From the IMG/VR virus record IMGVR_UViG_3300008261_000042: a stretch of DNA of 64,000 nt; one strand, given 5' to 3'. The translations under genes and the position numbers were made by a program. Origin of the DNA: a virus. This document shows, piece after piece, positions 10,165-20,931 of this stretch; the stretch's first letter is position 1; every line of letters starts with the position of its first letter. Under the pieces are notes generated by a model. That model was not told where the DNA came from and ran no database searches. It worked only from the letters and a program-made list of their open reading frames with translations.

Positions 10165-12111
10165 ATGCCATACGAAATAAGATATGGAACTGCTGGAGGT
10201 TTAGGATTTGAAGGAGAAAATAGTTCTGTAACTTTTAATGCTCCCACAAATATAGTAAGAATATCTTATATCTGTTTAGGAGCTGGTGGTGGAGGTGGAC
10301 CATCTGGTGCTGGAGATCCATCTGGTGGTGGAGGAGGCGGAGGGGGTTTATCTCAAGGAACCTTACAAGTTGATCCACTAGGAGAAATACGAATTAGAGC
10401 TGGTGGTGGTGGGCAAGGAAGTACATCTCTTGGTAGTGGTTCTGAATCTGGTACTGATGGTAAAGATAGTTTAGTTAAAACAAGTTATGGTGAAAGAAGT
10501 GGCAAAGGTGGCAAAGGTGGAGAAACTTTTAATGGTGGTTCTGGAGGAAATGGTAATGTAAGAGATGGTCAAAATGGAGAAAATCCAGCAATATACGTTC
10601 CTGGAGGAATATTTGGAGGGGGGTCAACTCCTTGTCGAGGTGGTGGAGCTGCTGGATTAAATTCTGTTGCAGGAAGAGGATCTATCCCTGGTGCTGGAGG
10701 AAATGGTGTTAATTTTGTTTTCAATTCTTCTGGTTTTAGTACAACTATAGTAAATTCTAGTGGTCTTGATGGAGCTAATTATGGCGGTGGTGGTGGAGGA
10801 AGTGTAGATACAATTGAAATAGATTATGGTGGTGGTGATCAAGCACCTGTCGGTAACCAAGTTAATGTAAGTAGACCAGGCGGTGGTGGCGGAGGTATTT
10901 CATTTGCTGGTTGGGTAACTTTAACTACTCCAAAAACAATTGTTAGATCTGGAGAGCCTATCACAATTGAATATTCTGATTCTTTAAACAATACAGGAAC
11001 AGTAACTACATCTTTCACAAATGAAACTGAACAGAATATTAATCAAGAATATACATACACGGATGCTTTGGATGCAAAATCAAAAATAATTTTTACAGTA
11101 TTACCAAAAGTAAAAATTAAAAGTTTAACAGCAAGTCCAAATCCACAAACAAGTGGTGAAGATGGTATACCAAATTATAATACTTTTTTAATTTGGGAAG
11201 GAATTAGCGTATTATCTGCTGTTGCAACTAGAGATGACAATGCAGTATCTGCAACATGGGAACAAAAAACACAACCAACTGACGTAACTCAACCTCCAAA
11301 TTTTTATTCTTCTGGAAGTAAATCAGTTACAAATTTATATCAATCAGTAGCAACTGGATCTTCACAACCTGGATCAAATACAACTTACACGTTAACTGCT
11401 ACTGATGGATTTAATACGGCTACTGCTACAGTAACGGTTAAAGCATATAATGATAATTGTCCAGATACAATTTCTATACCAGATCAATTAGGAAAAGAAC
11501 CTGGAGAAGAAATAAAAATATCAACATCTCCTATTACAGGGATAGATATGGTCACTTCTGTAGTATGTGGTTCGGGAGTTGAAGTCATAGGTAGTGGAGG
11601 GATTGGATATACAACTTCAACTACTATAGTTTCTGGTAGTACTTTAAATGTTCGTGTATATGCAGAACCTTTTAATACAGATGAAAATGGATTAGTTAAT
11701 GAAAAAACTGTTTCTTTAACTGTCGGTTGCCAAACAATTTCTTTTAAAGTTCAAACAAGAGCACCAGTTGTTCAAGAAATATTTGATTTTGGTGATAATC
11801 AATTTGGTTATCCATATCCAAAAGTTGATACAAGGCTAGTTGGAGAGCAATTACCAGATGGAGGAACATATCAAACTCCGTTGGAATATTTAAATTCACC
11901 AACTATCGTAGAACCAACATCAACTGCATGGGAAGTAGAACTAGAAAAACCATATGGTGTACAAATAAAAGCAAAAGATATAAGATATTCTCCACCAACT
12001 ACTACATCTTATACTGATATTAGTTCACAAAATGATACAGATTTGGAAGTTAATGTCAAACGTCAAGGAGAACAACCAAATATTACATGGACAAAACCAA
12101 ATATTATTTAA
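10165..12111 (+). CDS. Glycine-rich tail fibre-like protein
   Basis: Poly-Gly GAGGGGG domain followed by the shared C-terminal module. Confidence 0.75.
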   Translation: MPYEIRYGTAGGLGFEGENSSVTFNAPTNIVRISYICLGAGGGGGPSGAGDPSGGGGGGGGLSQGTLQVDPLGEIRIRAGGGGQGSTSLGSGSESGTDGKDSLVKTSYGERSGKGGKGGETFNGGSGGNGNVRDGQNGENPAIYVPGGIFGGGSTPCRGGGAAGLNSVAGRGSIPGAGGNGVNFVFNSSGFSTTIVNSSGLDGANYGGGGGGSVDTIEIDYGGGDQAPVGNQVNVSRPGGGGGGISFAGWVTLTTPKTIVRSGEPITIEYSDSLNNTGTVTTSFTNETEQNINQEYTYTDALDAKSKIIFTVLPKVKIKSLTASPNPQTSGEDGIPNYNTFLIWEGISVLSAVATRDDNAVSATWEQKTQPTDVTQPPNFYSSGSKSVTNLYQSVATGSSQPGSNTTYTLTATDGFNTATATVTVKAYNDNCPDTISIPDQLGKEPGEEIKISTSPITGIDMVTSVVCGSGVEVIGSGGIGYTTSTTIVSGSTLNVRVYAEPFNTDENGLVNEKTVSLTVGCQTISFKVQTRAPVVQEIFDFGDNQFGYPYPKVDTRLVGEQLPDGGTYQTPLEYLNSPTIVEPTSTAWEVELEKPYGVQIKAKDIRYSPPTTTSYTDISSQNDTDLEVNVKRQGEQPNITWTKPNII

Positions 12112-12141
12112 TTTTTCAATAAATATTTTTAAAAATATATT

Positions 12142-13713
12142 ATGGCTTCTCAATCAGTAGTTAATACTTATAATTCATCATCTTCTATTCAAATTCCAGA
12201 TAACGCTACCAATGTTAGAATTTATATTCGTGGTGCAAGCGGAGGTGGCGGTGGTGTTGATGGAGGTAGTGTTGGAGGAGGTTTTGGATATTCAAGATCT
12301 GGAACTTTTCAATATAAAACAAATTTTGTATCTAGAAATATAACAGCAGTTATTGGTACTATTGGAGGAAATGGTGGTAATAACTCAACTGGTGGTGGTA
12401 GTGGATCTGCTGGCTCTAGTATTTTAGCTTCTGGTGGTAGAGGAGGTAATGCTGGAGGAGGAAGAGGTTATTCTGGTGGTGGTGGTGGCGGTGGAGGAGC
12501 ATCTGCCATTTTAAATAGTTCTGGCACTGCAATATTAGTTGCTGGTGGAGGTGGTGGCGGAGGTGGAGCATCCTGGGATAGAAATGGCAACAAAGGAAAT
12601 GATGCAGGAGGTTGGGTATCTTCTGTTGGTACTGTAAGTGTTGGGGGAACTGGAGGTGATGTTGGTTTCGATGGTGGCGGCGGTGGCGGCGGTGGAGGTG
12701 GATCTCCTGGTGGAAATGGAGGATCGCCTGGATCGGACCAAAGCACTGGCGGGGGAGCTGGTGGTGGTGGTGGCTGTGCTTATAATTCTAGCATTTTTGA
12801 TATACTAAATTTTGGTCAATTAGATTCTGGAAATGGAGCTATAAGTATTTCATATGATTTATGGACACCAACTATAAATTCATTTGAAATTTCTCCAGAT
12901 CCACAAGATAGTTCGAGTGGAGTTCCTAGCGACACTGTAACAATATCTTGGTCTGTTTCAAATGCAACTAGTGTAACAATTACAGATTTGGGATCAGTAA
13001 ATTCTTCTGGTAGTTCTACAATAAACACTGGATTGCAGTCAGTTGCTGGTTCAAATTCACCAGCAACAAAAGTATATACATTAACTGCATGTGCTGGTTC
13101 TGTTTGTGATACAGCAACAGTAACCGCACAAGTTTATAATGATAATACTCCAGCTATATTTAAAATTCCTGATCAATTAAATAAAAATCCAAATACAGAA
13201 TTAACCATAAGTAATCTACAAATTACTGAAATTGATATGCCATCATTTGTAATTTGTGGTCCAGGAGTAACTGTAGAAACTGTTAGTGGTAGTTTTACTA
13301 CGCAAAGATTAGTAACTAATTCTCAATCATTGACTTTTAAAGTTACTACAGAGCCATTCAACACAGATGAAAATGGCTTAGTTAATGATAAAAATTGTTA
13401 TGTTACAATAGGAACAGTTACATATAATTTTTTAGTTCAAACAAGAGCACCAAATGTGTTGGAAATATTTGATTTTGGCGATAATCAATTTTCTGTTCCA
13501 TACCCCAAAATTGATACTACAGATGTTGTTCCATCTCCTTATTTAAAATCTCCAACTATAGTTGAAGAAGCATTAAGTGATTGGGAAATCGAATTGGAAA
13601 ATCCTTATGGAGTTCAAATAAAATCAGATAACACAAATTTAGAAGTAAATGTCAAAAGACAAGGTGATATAGATTTTGATGATGCAAATTGGAAAACACC
13701 AAATTCTATTTAA
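12142..13713 (+). CDS. Glycine-rich tail fibre-like protein (paralog of 10165-12111)
   Basis: Gly-rich domain (ILVAGGGGGGGG). The C-terminal segment EPFNTDENGLVN..VQTRAP..EIFDFGDNQF is nearly identical to the previous gene. Confidence 0.75.
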   Translation: MASQSVVNTYNSSSSIQIPDNATNVRIYIRGASGGGGGVDGGSVGGGFGYSRSGTFQYKTNFVSRNITAVIGTIGGNGGNNSTGGGSGSAGSSILASGGRGGNAGGGRGYSGGGGGGGGASAILNSSGTAILVAGGGGGGGGASWDRNGNKGNDAGGWVSSVGTVSVGGTGGDVGFDGGGGGGGGGGSPGGNGGSPGSDQSTGGGAGGGGGCAYNSSIFDILNFGQLDSGNGAISISYDLWTPTINSFEISPDPQDSSSGVPSDTVTISWSVSNATSVTITDLGSVNSSGSSTINTGLQSVAGSNSPATKVYTLTACAGSVCDTATVTAQVYNDNTPAIFKIPDQLNKNPNTELTISNLQITEIDMPSFVICGPGVTVETVSGSFTTQRLVTNSQSLTFKVTTEPFNTDENGLVNDKNCYVTIGTVTYNFLVQTRAPNVLEIFDFGDNQFSVPYPKIDTTDVVPSPYLKSPTIVEEALSDWEIELENPYGVQIKSDNTNLEVNVKRQGDIDFDDANWKTPNSI

Positions 13714-13728
13714 TAAATAAAGATAAAA

Positions 13729-13950
13729 ATGGAAAGACGATTAGAATCTATCACAATTAGATATTGGCAAAAATATTTGGATGATGGTGGAGAAGTTAAA
13801 AATATACCACAAGTGATAGTTACATATAAAAATATTGTGGAGGGAATTCCACAAACAGTTGATACAATTGTAATCGGAAAAGATACTGATTATTCATCAC
13901 ACGAAGAAAAAGTACAACAATTTTGTCAAATTGCATTTGAGGGACTATGA
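13729..13950 (+). CDS. Hypothetical protein
   Basis: 73 aa ORF lying within the operon. Confidence 0.65.
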   Translation: MERRLESITIRYWQKYLDDGGEVKNIPQVIVTYKNIVEGIPQTVDTIVIGKDTDYSSHEEKVQQFCQIAFEGL

Positions 13951-14126
13951 GTAATTTTGCAGATAAGAGAGCAACAAATCTAAAACCAGATGACATGTTT
14001 TATTCTAGATTAATTACAGTTGATGATCTTCCTTCGGGAGAATTGCATGAAATTAAATCAGATAAACCAATTCAAGTAAGAGTAAACAATGGAGAGTGGA
14101 TTACTATTGATCCATCGGAGCTATAA
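13947..14126 (+). CDS. Small hypothetical protein (59 aa) resembling the tail of the shared fibre module
   Basis: Translated by hand: MSNFADKRATNLKPDDMFYSRLITVDDLPSGELHEIKSDKPIQVRVNNGEWITIDPSEL. Overlaps the upstream stop as ATGA. Confidence 0.65.
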   Translation: MSNFADKRATNLKPDDMFYSRLITVDDLPSGELHEIKSDKPIQVRVNNGEWITIDPSEL

Positions 14127-14129
14127 ATA
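14122..14129 (+). promoter_or_regulatory. T4-type late promoter TATAAATA
   Basis: Exact consensus, 36 nt upstream of the ATG at 14166. Confidence 0.8.
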
Positions 14130-14165
14130 CTTATTGAGAATATAATCTGATTTTGTAGACATTAA

Positions 14166-17100
14166 ATGGCTAGAATTTTAGTAGGCAAAGGGGATCAAAT
14201 ACAAATCAGATATCCCACTCCATCAACTTGGAACACACGAACTACAGTACAAGTTAAAATTGGAACTGGATTAGATCCTACTGACGTAACTTTTGGTACT
14301 AGAATTCCTGATGCAAAACCAGATCAGTTTAATTTTACTAATCAAAGTGGATCATTAACTCCTGGAGGAACATCACTTACTAGTTTTGAAAAAAATACAT
14401 TTTATTATTCAAATTCAATTCTAGTTAGTGGCATTGAAATTTTTGTTCCAGCTAGTATTTCGGTGACTACTTCTGGCCCAAGAAATTTATCTGCAAATGC
14501 AAGTCAAGCAGCTTTTGAAGTTAATAATAGTGGAACTTGGGTAACATCAGCGCAAGTTAGAAATGGAGATAGAATCAGATTAAGAATAAAAACTGAAAAT
14601 TGGTATACTACTACAACTAATGTAACTCTTAGTGTATCTGATGAAACATGGGGAGGTAATTTAGGATTAACTCCAACTACTACCGTTGATACTTGGTCAA
14701 TTACAACTAGACCTCAAGTTCAAAATGTTCCTCAATTTTCATTCCTTGATTATATTGATGTTACAGCTGATGAGTTTGGATCATACAAAACCACTACTAT
14801 TCCCGTAAGTAATATTGATAATGATGCAGTTTTAAGAGCAACTTCAACTGCAAATGTTCAAATTTCTAAAGATAATATTAATTGGTCTCAGTCATTGACT
14901 GGATTAATTTTAGGGGATACAGTTTATACTAGAATTGCTATAGGTTCTTATACTACAAAAACTACAGGTATAGTGAGGGTATATGCAGTTGCTGACGAAA
15001 CTTATACTCGTAATGGTAATAATTATGACAATAATACTCCAGGAACTTATGGTAGACCAGATTTAAGTGTAAGTGAAAGATATACAGTAACACAAACACT
15101 AGGGGATGTAACAGATAATTGGCAAGTTTGGACAGAAGTTGATAGATATCCAGATTCGATTGCGTTAGAACCAATTTATACAATTTCTGATGGAGAAAAA
15201 GTATTTGTTTCTAGTCAACATTCTTACTCTAGAGCAGAAGCTTCTGAAAATGGGGCAGAATTTTGGTATTATGCTGATTTTAATATTACTGGCCTTGGAG
15301 TCGAATATACATCTGGAACATATTCAGATTTAGAGGAGCCATTTAGCTATACATCTACAGGAAAACCACAGTTACCTATTGATACTTCAATTGTAAATGG
15401 AAGAAATGTAGAAATTAATTGTAGAATTGCTCAAGGTAATGGATCATTACGAAAAAATGATACAGGGGAATGGGTTCAATCTTTATACGTAAAAAATGGT
15501 GATAAAGTTACAGTAAGACAAAAATCCAGTGAATTTTATAATCAACAGTTTACAACAAAAGTTATTTTAGATGGTCCTCCTGATGGCGGTCCTTCCCCAT
15601 ACTCAAATCCAACAAATGGTCCAAGCGCAGCTAATAGATCATTTCCAAATTTAGAAGATACAATTACAATAAGAACAAGATTAGCAAGAGAAACTCCGTA
15701 TCCATTTAAAGGATCTAATGTTTATTCTGCAGATCCTGGAGAGTCTTTGTTAATTGGCATTCCTTTAGATGGATATGATATTCCAGTAGATGCAACTATT
15801 GTATCGCAATCTGCTGCAGCTGCAGCACAAATAAGTTATGATGGATCCAATTTTTCTTCTTCTACATTAACGGATATTCCACTTAGTGCAACTACACTAA
15901 GTTTAAGATTTTCTGCTTCTACTAGTTATGGTGGAGTAGCTTTTGTCACATATAGTATAGGTAGTTATACTGATACCGTATATGCATATACGGTAAAAAG
16001 AGGATGGATTTATAGTGTATTTTCTGGTAATGTTAATAGAACTCAACCAGAAAATTTTGTTGTTCCAGATTATGCAGAAAACTTTGATTTTGTTTTAGTT
16101 GGAGCAGGTGGAGGAAATGGTGGTGATGATGCTCCGAACAGTTATGGGGGGAGAGGAGGATTTGGAAATCTTTTACGTGGTTCTATTGCACTACCAGATT
16201 CATTCTTCCTAGGAAATGATTTCAGTGTGAAATTCTACCCAGGTTCTAGAGGAGGGACAGGAATTAATTTTACTGGTAACGCTCCAGGAGGTACTGGTGG
16301 TTGGGGATATGCAACTGGAGGAAATGGAGGATCTTCAGGTTTAGGGGATAATTCTGGATCTGGTGGCGGTGGTGGTGGTGCTACAGCAATTGCATTTAAT
16401 GATGGTACTTTAATTGCTCTTGCTGGTGGCGGTGCTGGTGGTGGAGGTGCTGGTAACGATACTGAAGTACAAAAAGAAACACAAAATGGAAATTATAATG
16501 GTTTTGGTACATTAAAAAGTACTTTAGATGGTTTAAATTTAGATGGTATTGATGGAGAAAATAATGATTCTCAAGGTGGAGGTGCTGGTGGTGCTGGTGG
16601 CGGATTTGGTACTGCAGGAATTGTACCGTCTAATAAATTAGACGAATTTGGTGAAATTATACAAACAGATGATTTAGATGCCACTGGAGGAACTGGGGGA
16701 GGAGCATATTACGATCCAAATTTAGTTAACTTAACGGTAACAAATAATTTTTCAAATTTTGGTGCTGGTAGTGAAAGAAATGGATTAATTGTAGTAGGAA
16801 TTCCTCCTCAGGATAGAACACCAAATCCATTTGCATTTACATCTGTTTTATCTGCTTCCCCAAATACAATATATGAATCAGAAAAAGTAGAAATTACTGG
16901 CATTACTGGAAGAGTTTTAGTTACTGCTTTTGAAAGTCAATCAAAAATTAGAGTATGTGGTACAAATCAACAAAATTGTAGTGCTTATACTTCCACTTCT
17001 CAATATGTAAGGAATGGAGAATGGATTCAAGTACAAATGACAACAGGTTTAGATTATTATACTACGTATCCAGTTAGAGTTGTTGTTGGTGATACAGAAG

Positions 17101-19580
17101 CCTATTGGATTGTAGAAACTGGAGAACCACCAGATACATTACCAAATCCTTTTGAAATCCCAGATAAGATTAATGTAGAATTAGATACATTAATTGATAG
17201 TGATGAAGTAGAAATTAGTGGTATTAATACCTTAGTTGACGTTACAGCAACTGGAGGAGCTTTAATTTCAATTTGTTCTTCTCCTGGAGTTTGTAGTTCT
17301 TTTGCTCCAAGTCCACAACAAATTGGCAATAATCAATCATTTAAGATTAGATTGAGATCATCAGATCAATATTTAACAACAGTAGGGACCACTGTAGTAG
17401 TAGGAGATTCTAACGGAGAAGCATTTAATTTAACAACAATTAAAGAACCAGATAGAGATCCAAACTCGTTTATATTTTTTGAACTCACTAAACAACCATT
17501 AGAGACTCAAGTAAAATCAAAGAATTCTGTTGTAATACAAGGCATTGATTCTCCAGTTACATTTGCTATTACTAGAGATGACGGTCAACAACCAAATGCT
17601 ACAATTATTTTGAATGGTGTTGATACTAATCAATCATCTATTCAAGTTCAATTATTTGATATAGTAAGATTAAAATATCTAACTTCAGATGTTCCAGGTG
17701 AAAGAGTAGAGTTTACAGTTACGGCTGGGGATTTTGAAACATCTTGGGCGGTGACTACAGATGGATCATTTGGCACAAATCCAACTCCATTTATTTTTAC
17801 TAATGTTTATGCAGATTCTTTACAATATGGAGTATCAAATGAAACAATTACTGTTTCTGGATTAGGAGTTTCCGCTGTTTCTATATACGGAACTAATGGA
17901 GCACAGTTTTCAATCAATGGTGGTCCATTTACAGAGTATACCGTAACATCTCCAGGGTCAATTTCAAATGGTCAAACATTTAAAGTTAGATTATTAGCAA
18001 GTGCTATTGAAGGATTTGATGTTGTTTCTGCTATTACTGTTGGATCATATATGACATCATTTTCTGTATTTGCAAATGCTGATGTAGAAGATCCTATTTT
18101 AGGACAGTGGTATAGTAGTGTTCAAACTATCAAACCAGCAGATGGAGGACAACAAATTAGATTCTCCACAAAATTTGAAGGTTTACCAATTGGTACAATT
18201 ATGCCAGTGTTCCAAGATTCCACAGAAACTGACAATTGGGGTAATTTAAGTGGAAAAGCAGACTCTAGATTCCATGGTTGGATATGGTGTAATGGTGATT
18301 TTATTAGCAATGAAGATTTTCCATTATTATATGAAATAATTGGTAAATCATACGGAGCTACATCAGTTGACGCAACTTTATTCAGGTTACCTGATTTTAG
18401 AAATAGGAAAGTATTAGGTACTGGTCCTATTGATGGAAATTCTGCATCATCGCCAATCGTAAATCCACTATATGGACCAGGAAAAACTGGTATTAATGCG
18501 AGTGGTAATATTCCAGGATCGCAAGGTGGTATGTGGTTTGTTGATAAAATTGCAGATCCTGGTGTTGATACAACAGGAAACAACAATGAATTTGAACAAG
18601 TAGAAAAACCAGCAACTGGACAGCCTGCTCAGTCAAGTGATTATTTTGCTATCGCTAATATTAGAACTAGTGGTTACGAGCAAATTACTGGAAACATTGA
18701 ATTTACTACGTCTGGTTCAATTAGTGGTAATGTATCATTAAGTGACACTAGAATATTTGAAGTTCCTAGACATACTCACGAAATGGTAAGTGGTCAACCA
18801 GATCCAGGTAGATCAAAAGGATATGTTTCCTGGGGAGGAAGAGGAGGTTTTGGTGGTCAACTTCCAGTAACAAGTAGAGCAGGAGAAGATGGACCAACAA
18901 TTCAAACAGATACATATAGATTTAATGTTTGGGGATATTGCACTGATGATTATGATATTCAAGCTGGAAGTGATGATGTTCCAAGAATATCCGTAAACGC
19001 AGATGATGGTGGAAATGTTCCAGTATTTGCAAAAACTCTTACTGAATGGGATGGAGAACCTCAAGGTAGTGGATACATTGGAGCATATGTCGGGGAAACG
19101 TATGAAAAATTAGAAGTAAGACAACCAAATATTAGAAAAGGTACTCCAGCATATAATGAAATAAATGAATATGTAAACTTAGAAACTTGGTCTGGTGGTG
19201 GATCTTCTTCATCTGGTGGATTATACAGATTTATAGGTGCAGTAGATATTCCAGAAAAATCAGTAACTGTTCAATCATATACACCAGAAAGAAAATCACA
19301 TTCCCATTATATTAGTTTAAGTAATCCTGGAAGTCAAAATACCACATTCAGTTGGGGTAAAGATGATGGCCCTGGAGTCATTACATCAGGAAGTCAATTT
19401 GCTACCGATTCTATCAGTGTTTCTTTCTCATCATTGGAAGTTGGTATTGAAGTATTACCTGGAACATTTACTTTAGCATCAACTAAGCAATTGATTCCAG
19501 TTCCTGAATTTGCACCTCAAACTGAAGTTCCACTTATATCACCATACATATGGGTTAAGTGGCTAATAAAAGCATTCTAA
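14166..19580 (+). CDS. Large tail fibre protein with repeated beta domains, a Gly-rich domain and a tail collar domain
   Basis: 1804 aa with D-x-x-P-x-x-F-x-F repeats and a Gly-rich block. Collar motif GLPIGTIMPV...GWIWCNG...FPLLYEIIGKSYG...FRLPDFR, plus HTH and HSH tripeptides. Confidence 0.8.
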   Translation: MARILVGKGDQIQIRYPTPSTWNTRTTVQVKIGTGLDPTDVTFGTRIPDAKPDQFNFTNQSGSLTPGGTSLTSFEKNTFYYSNSILVSGIEIFVPASISVTTSGPRNLSANASQAAFEVNNSGTWVTSAQVRNGDRIRLRIKTENWYTTTTNVTLSVSDETWGGNLGLTPTTTVDTWSITTRPQVQNVPQFSFLDYIDVTADEFGSYKTTTIPVSNIDNDAVLRATSTANVQISKDNINWSQSLTGLILGDTVYTRIAIGSYTTKTTGIVRVYAVADETYTRNGNNYDNNTPGTYGRPDLSVSERYTVTQTLGDVTDNWQVWTEVDRYPDSIALEPIYTISDGEKVFVSSQHSYSRAEASENGAEFWYYADFNITGLGVEYTSGTYSDLEEPFSYTSTGKPQLPIDTSIVNGRNVEINCRIAQGNGSLRKNDTGEWVQSLYVKNGDKVTVRQKSSEFYNQQFTTKVILDGPPDGGPSPYSNPTNGPSAANRSFPNLEDTITIRTRLARETPYPFKGSNVYSADPGESLLIGIPLDGYDIPVDATIVSQSAAAAAQISYDGSNFSSSTLTDIPLSATTLSLRFSASTSYGGVAFVTYSIGSYTDTVYAYTVKRGWIYSVFSGNVNRTQPENFVVPDYAENFDFVLVGAGGGNGGDDAPNSYGGRGGFGNLLRGSIALPDSFFLGNDFSVKFYPGSRGGTGINFTGNAPGGTGGWGYATGGNGGSSGLGDNSGSGGGGGGATAIAFNDGTLIALAGGGAGGGGAGNDTEVQKETQNGNYNGFGTLKSTLDGLNLDGIDGENNDSQGGGAGGAGGGFGTAGIVPSNKLDEFGEIIQTDDLDATGGTGGGAYYDPNLVNLTVTNNFSNFGAGSERNGLIVVGIPPQDRTPNPFAFTSVLSASPNTIYESEKVEITGITGRVLVTAFESQSKIRVCGTNQQNCSAYTSTSQYVRNGEWIQVQMTTGLDYYTTYPVRVVVGDTEAYWIVETGEPPDTLPNPFEIPDKINVELDTLIDSDEVEISGINTLVDVTATGGALISICSSPGVCSSFAPSPQQIGNNQSFKIRLRSSDQYLTTVGTTVVVGDSNGEAFNLTTIKEPDRDPNSFIFFELTKQPLETQVKSKNSVVIQGIDSPVTFAITRDDGQQPNATIILNGVDTNQSSIQVQLFDIVRLKYLTSDVPGERVEFTVTAGDFETSWAVTTDGSFGTNPTPFIFTNVYADSLQYGVSNETITVSGLGVSAVSIYGTNGAQFSINGGPFTEYTVTSPGSISNGQTFKVRLLASAIEGFDVVSAITVGSYMTSFSVFANADVEDPILGQWYSSVQTIKPADGGQQIRFSTKFEGLPIGTIMPVFQDSTETDNWGNLSGKADSRFHGWIWCNGDFISNEDFPLLYEIIGKSYGATSVDATLFRLPDFRNRKVLGTGPIDGNSASSPIVNPLYGPGKTGINASGNIPGSQGGMWFVDKIADPGVDTTGNNNEFEQVEKPATGQPAQSSDYFAIANIRTSGYEQITGNIEFTTSGSISGNVSLSDTRIFEVPRHTHEMVSGQPDPGRSKGYVSWGGRGGFGGQLPVTSRAGEDGPTIQTDTYRFNVWGYCTDDYDIQAGSDDVPRISVNADDGGNVPVFAKTLTEWDGEPQGSGYIGAYVGETYEKLEVRQPNIRKGTPAYNEINEYVNLETWSGGGSSSSGGLYRFIGAVDIPEKSVTVQSYTPERKSHSHYISLSNPGSQNTTFSWGKDDGPGVITSGSQFATDSISVSFSSLEVGIEVLPGTFTLASTKQLIPVPEFAPQTEVPLISPYIWVKWLIKAF

Positions 19581-19602
19581 ATATTAAATAAAAGCTTCTG
19601 CC

Positions 19603-20544
19603 ATGGCAACTAATTTTAATCCTAGTGATTTTATATTACAGGAAATAGCACCACCAGAAAAAAGATCTACGATTTTAGAATACGATTCTAAATCAAGGAT
19701 GGTTTTAGTGCGTGTATTTAACAAAGAAAATGAAGTAAAGTATAATGCAATTTATCTTAGTGAGAAATTAAATCAAAATATTTTAACTAATATTCCATCT
19801 GAATTATCTGACGATAAAGATAGAATTGTTGTGTTTGGAATATATGATGATGGATCTTTTACTATGTTTAAAGAGAAGATGAAATATGATTTTGCTACAC
19901 AACAAGCAAAATGGGTTAAGTATGAAGTATTTGATGTTACTACAGAAGAAGCTAAAGAAATTTTTAATGTATTGAAATCTGCTGTATTTGTTCAACAAGT
20001 TTCTGATACCGAAGCTAGAAACAAAGCAGTATTAGAAATTTTAACCAAAGATGAATACATTAATGACTTATATAACAAAACAATTATAAAAAGAGATGAT
20101 TTATTAAGGACAAGTGACTATAGAGTGCTTCCAGATTATCCAGAACTATTTACTGGAGAAAAAGATTTGTGGATTAAATGGAGAGATGAATTAAGAAATT
20201 GTGTTAAATCTAGAGAAGATTTTGACGATGAACTAGATTATTTAATTTATGCTCAAGATTTCAAATGGCCAATTGATCCTTTAGTGTATTATTCAAAATA
20301 TCCTAATAATGAAGTGGAATATCTAAGCACAGAAGATCAATATGATATTATTCCAGAAAAAGTTTCAACTGAAGTACAAAATATCATTAGAAAAAATTCT
20401 GTAGCAATCATTAATCAACAAAAACTTAGAGATAATCAAGGAATTCCAGTTGAGAAGCAAATTTATGATGTAATTAAAAAATACAATTTAAATCAAGACC
20501 TTCTTGATTTTGATTTATCTCAACTTAATCTTGGGGGTGTATGA
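19603..20544 (+). CDS. Protein containing a phage tail assembly chaperone domain
   Basis: RDDLLRTSDYRVLPDYP...WIKWRDELR..WP matches the tail assembly chaperone pattern, and the gene directly follows the fibre gene. Confidence 0.7.
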   Translation: MATNFNPSDFILQEIAPPEKRSTILEYDSKSRMVLVRVFNKENEVKYNAIYLSEKLNQNILTNIPSELSDDKDRIVVFGIYDDGSFTMFKEKMKYDFATQQAKWVKYEVFDVTTEEAKEIFNVLKSAVFVQQVSDTEARNKAVLEILTKDEYINDLYNKTIIKRDDLLRTSDYRVLPDYPELFTGEKDLWIKWRDELRNCVKSREDFDDELDYLIYAQDFKWPIDPLVYYSKYPNNEVEYLSTEDQYDIIPEKVSTEVQNIIRKNSVAIINQQKLRDNQGIPVEKQIYDVIKKYNLNQDLLDFDLSQLNLGGV

Positions 20545-20924
20545 TGATAGTACATGACTTTTTAGAATTTGCTAGATATATTACTGAAAGAGATCAATCA
20601 ACTCTAATGATTCTCAGAACAGTTGGACCAGACGGTGTTACAGATACACAAAAAGCAAATGAAATTTACTCAGCTTATCATTTAAATCTTGATCCTATTG
20701 GAGAAGGATTATTTGATAAATTACTATACAATGAATTTGTTTTTATTCACTTTGATTCTGAAGAAGAAGCATATAATTTTGCTTTAGAAAATCTACCAAT
20801 GAATAAAAAAAATATTGATTCTGATTACTTTGTTCAATTTTATATCTTTCATAATGGTGAGTTTGCATATGGTAATAATAGTGTTAAAGGATTAACAGAG
20901 TTACCATATTCATCTGAACCCTGA
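20541..20924 (+). CDS. Hypothetical protein, last gene of the late tail operon
   Basis: 127 aa ORF with ATGA overlap. Confidence 0.7.
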   Translation: MMIVHDFLEFARYITERDQSTLMILRTVGPDGVTDTQKANEIYSAYHLNLDPIGEGLFDKLLYNEFVFIHFDSEEEAYNFALENLPMNKKNIDSDYFVQFYIFHNGEFAYGNNSVKGLTELPYSSEP

Positions 20925-20931
20925 CAGAGTT

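Noticed and set aside
10165-16700. Diversity-generating retroelement acting on the fibre paralogs
   Set aside because: No reverse transcriptase in the window, and the paralog differences are not adenine-specific.
528-19998. Minus-strand ORFs inside the tail genes (e.g. 4070-4513, 12468-12746 poly-Pro, 18122-18586)
   Set aside because: They are shadows of + strand codon bias. The poly-Pro ORF is simply the reverse complement of GGT/GGA glycine runs.
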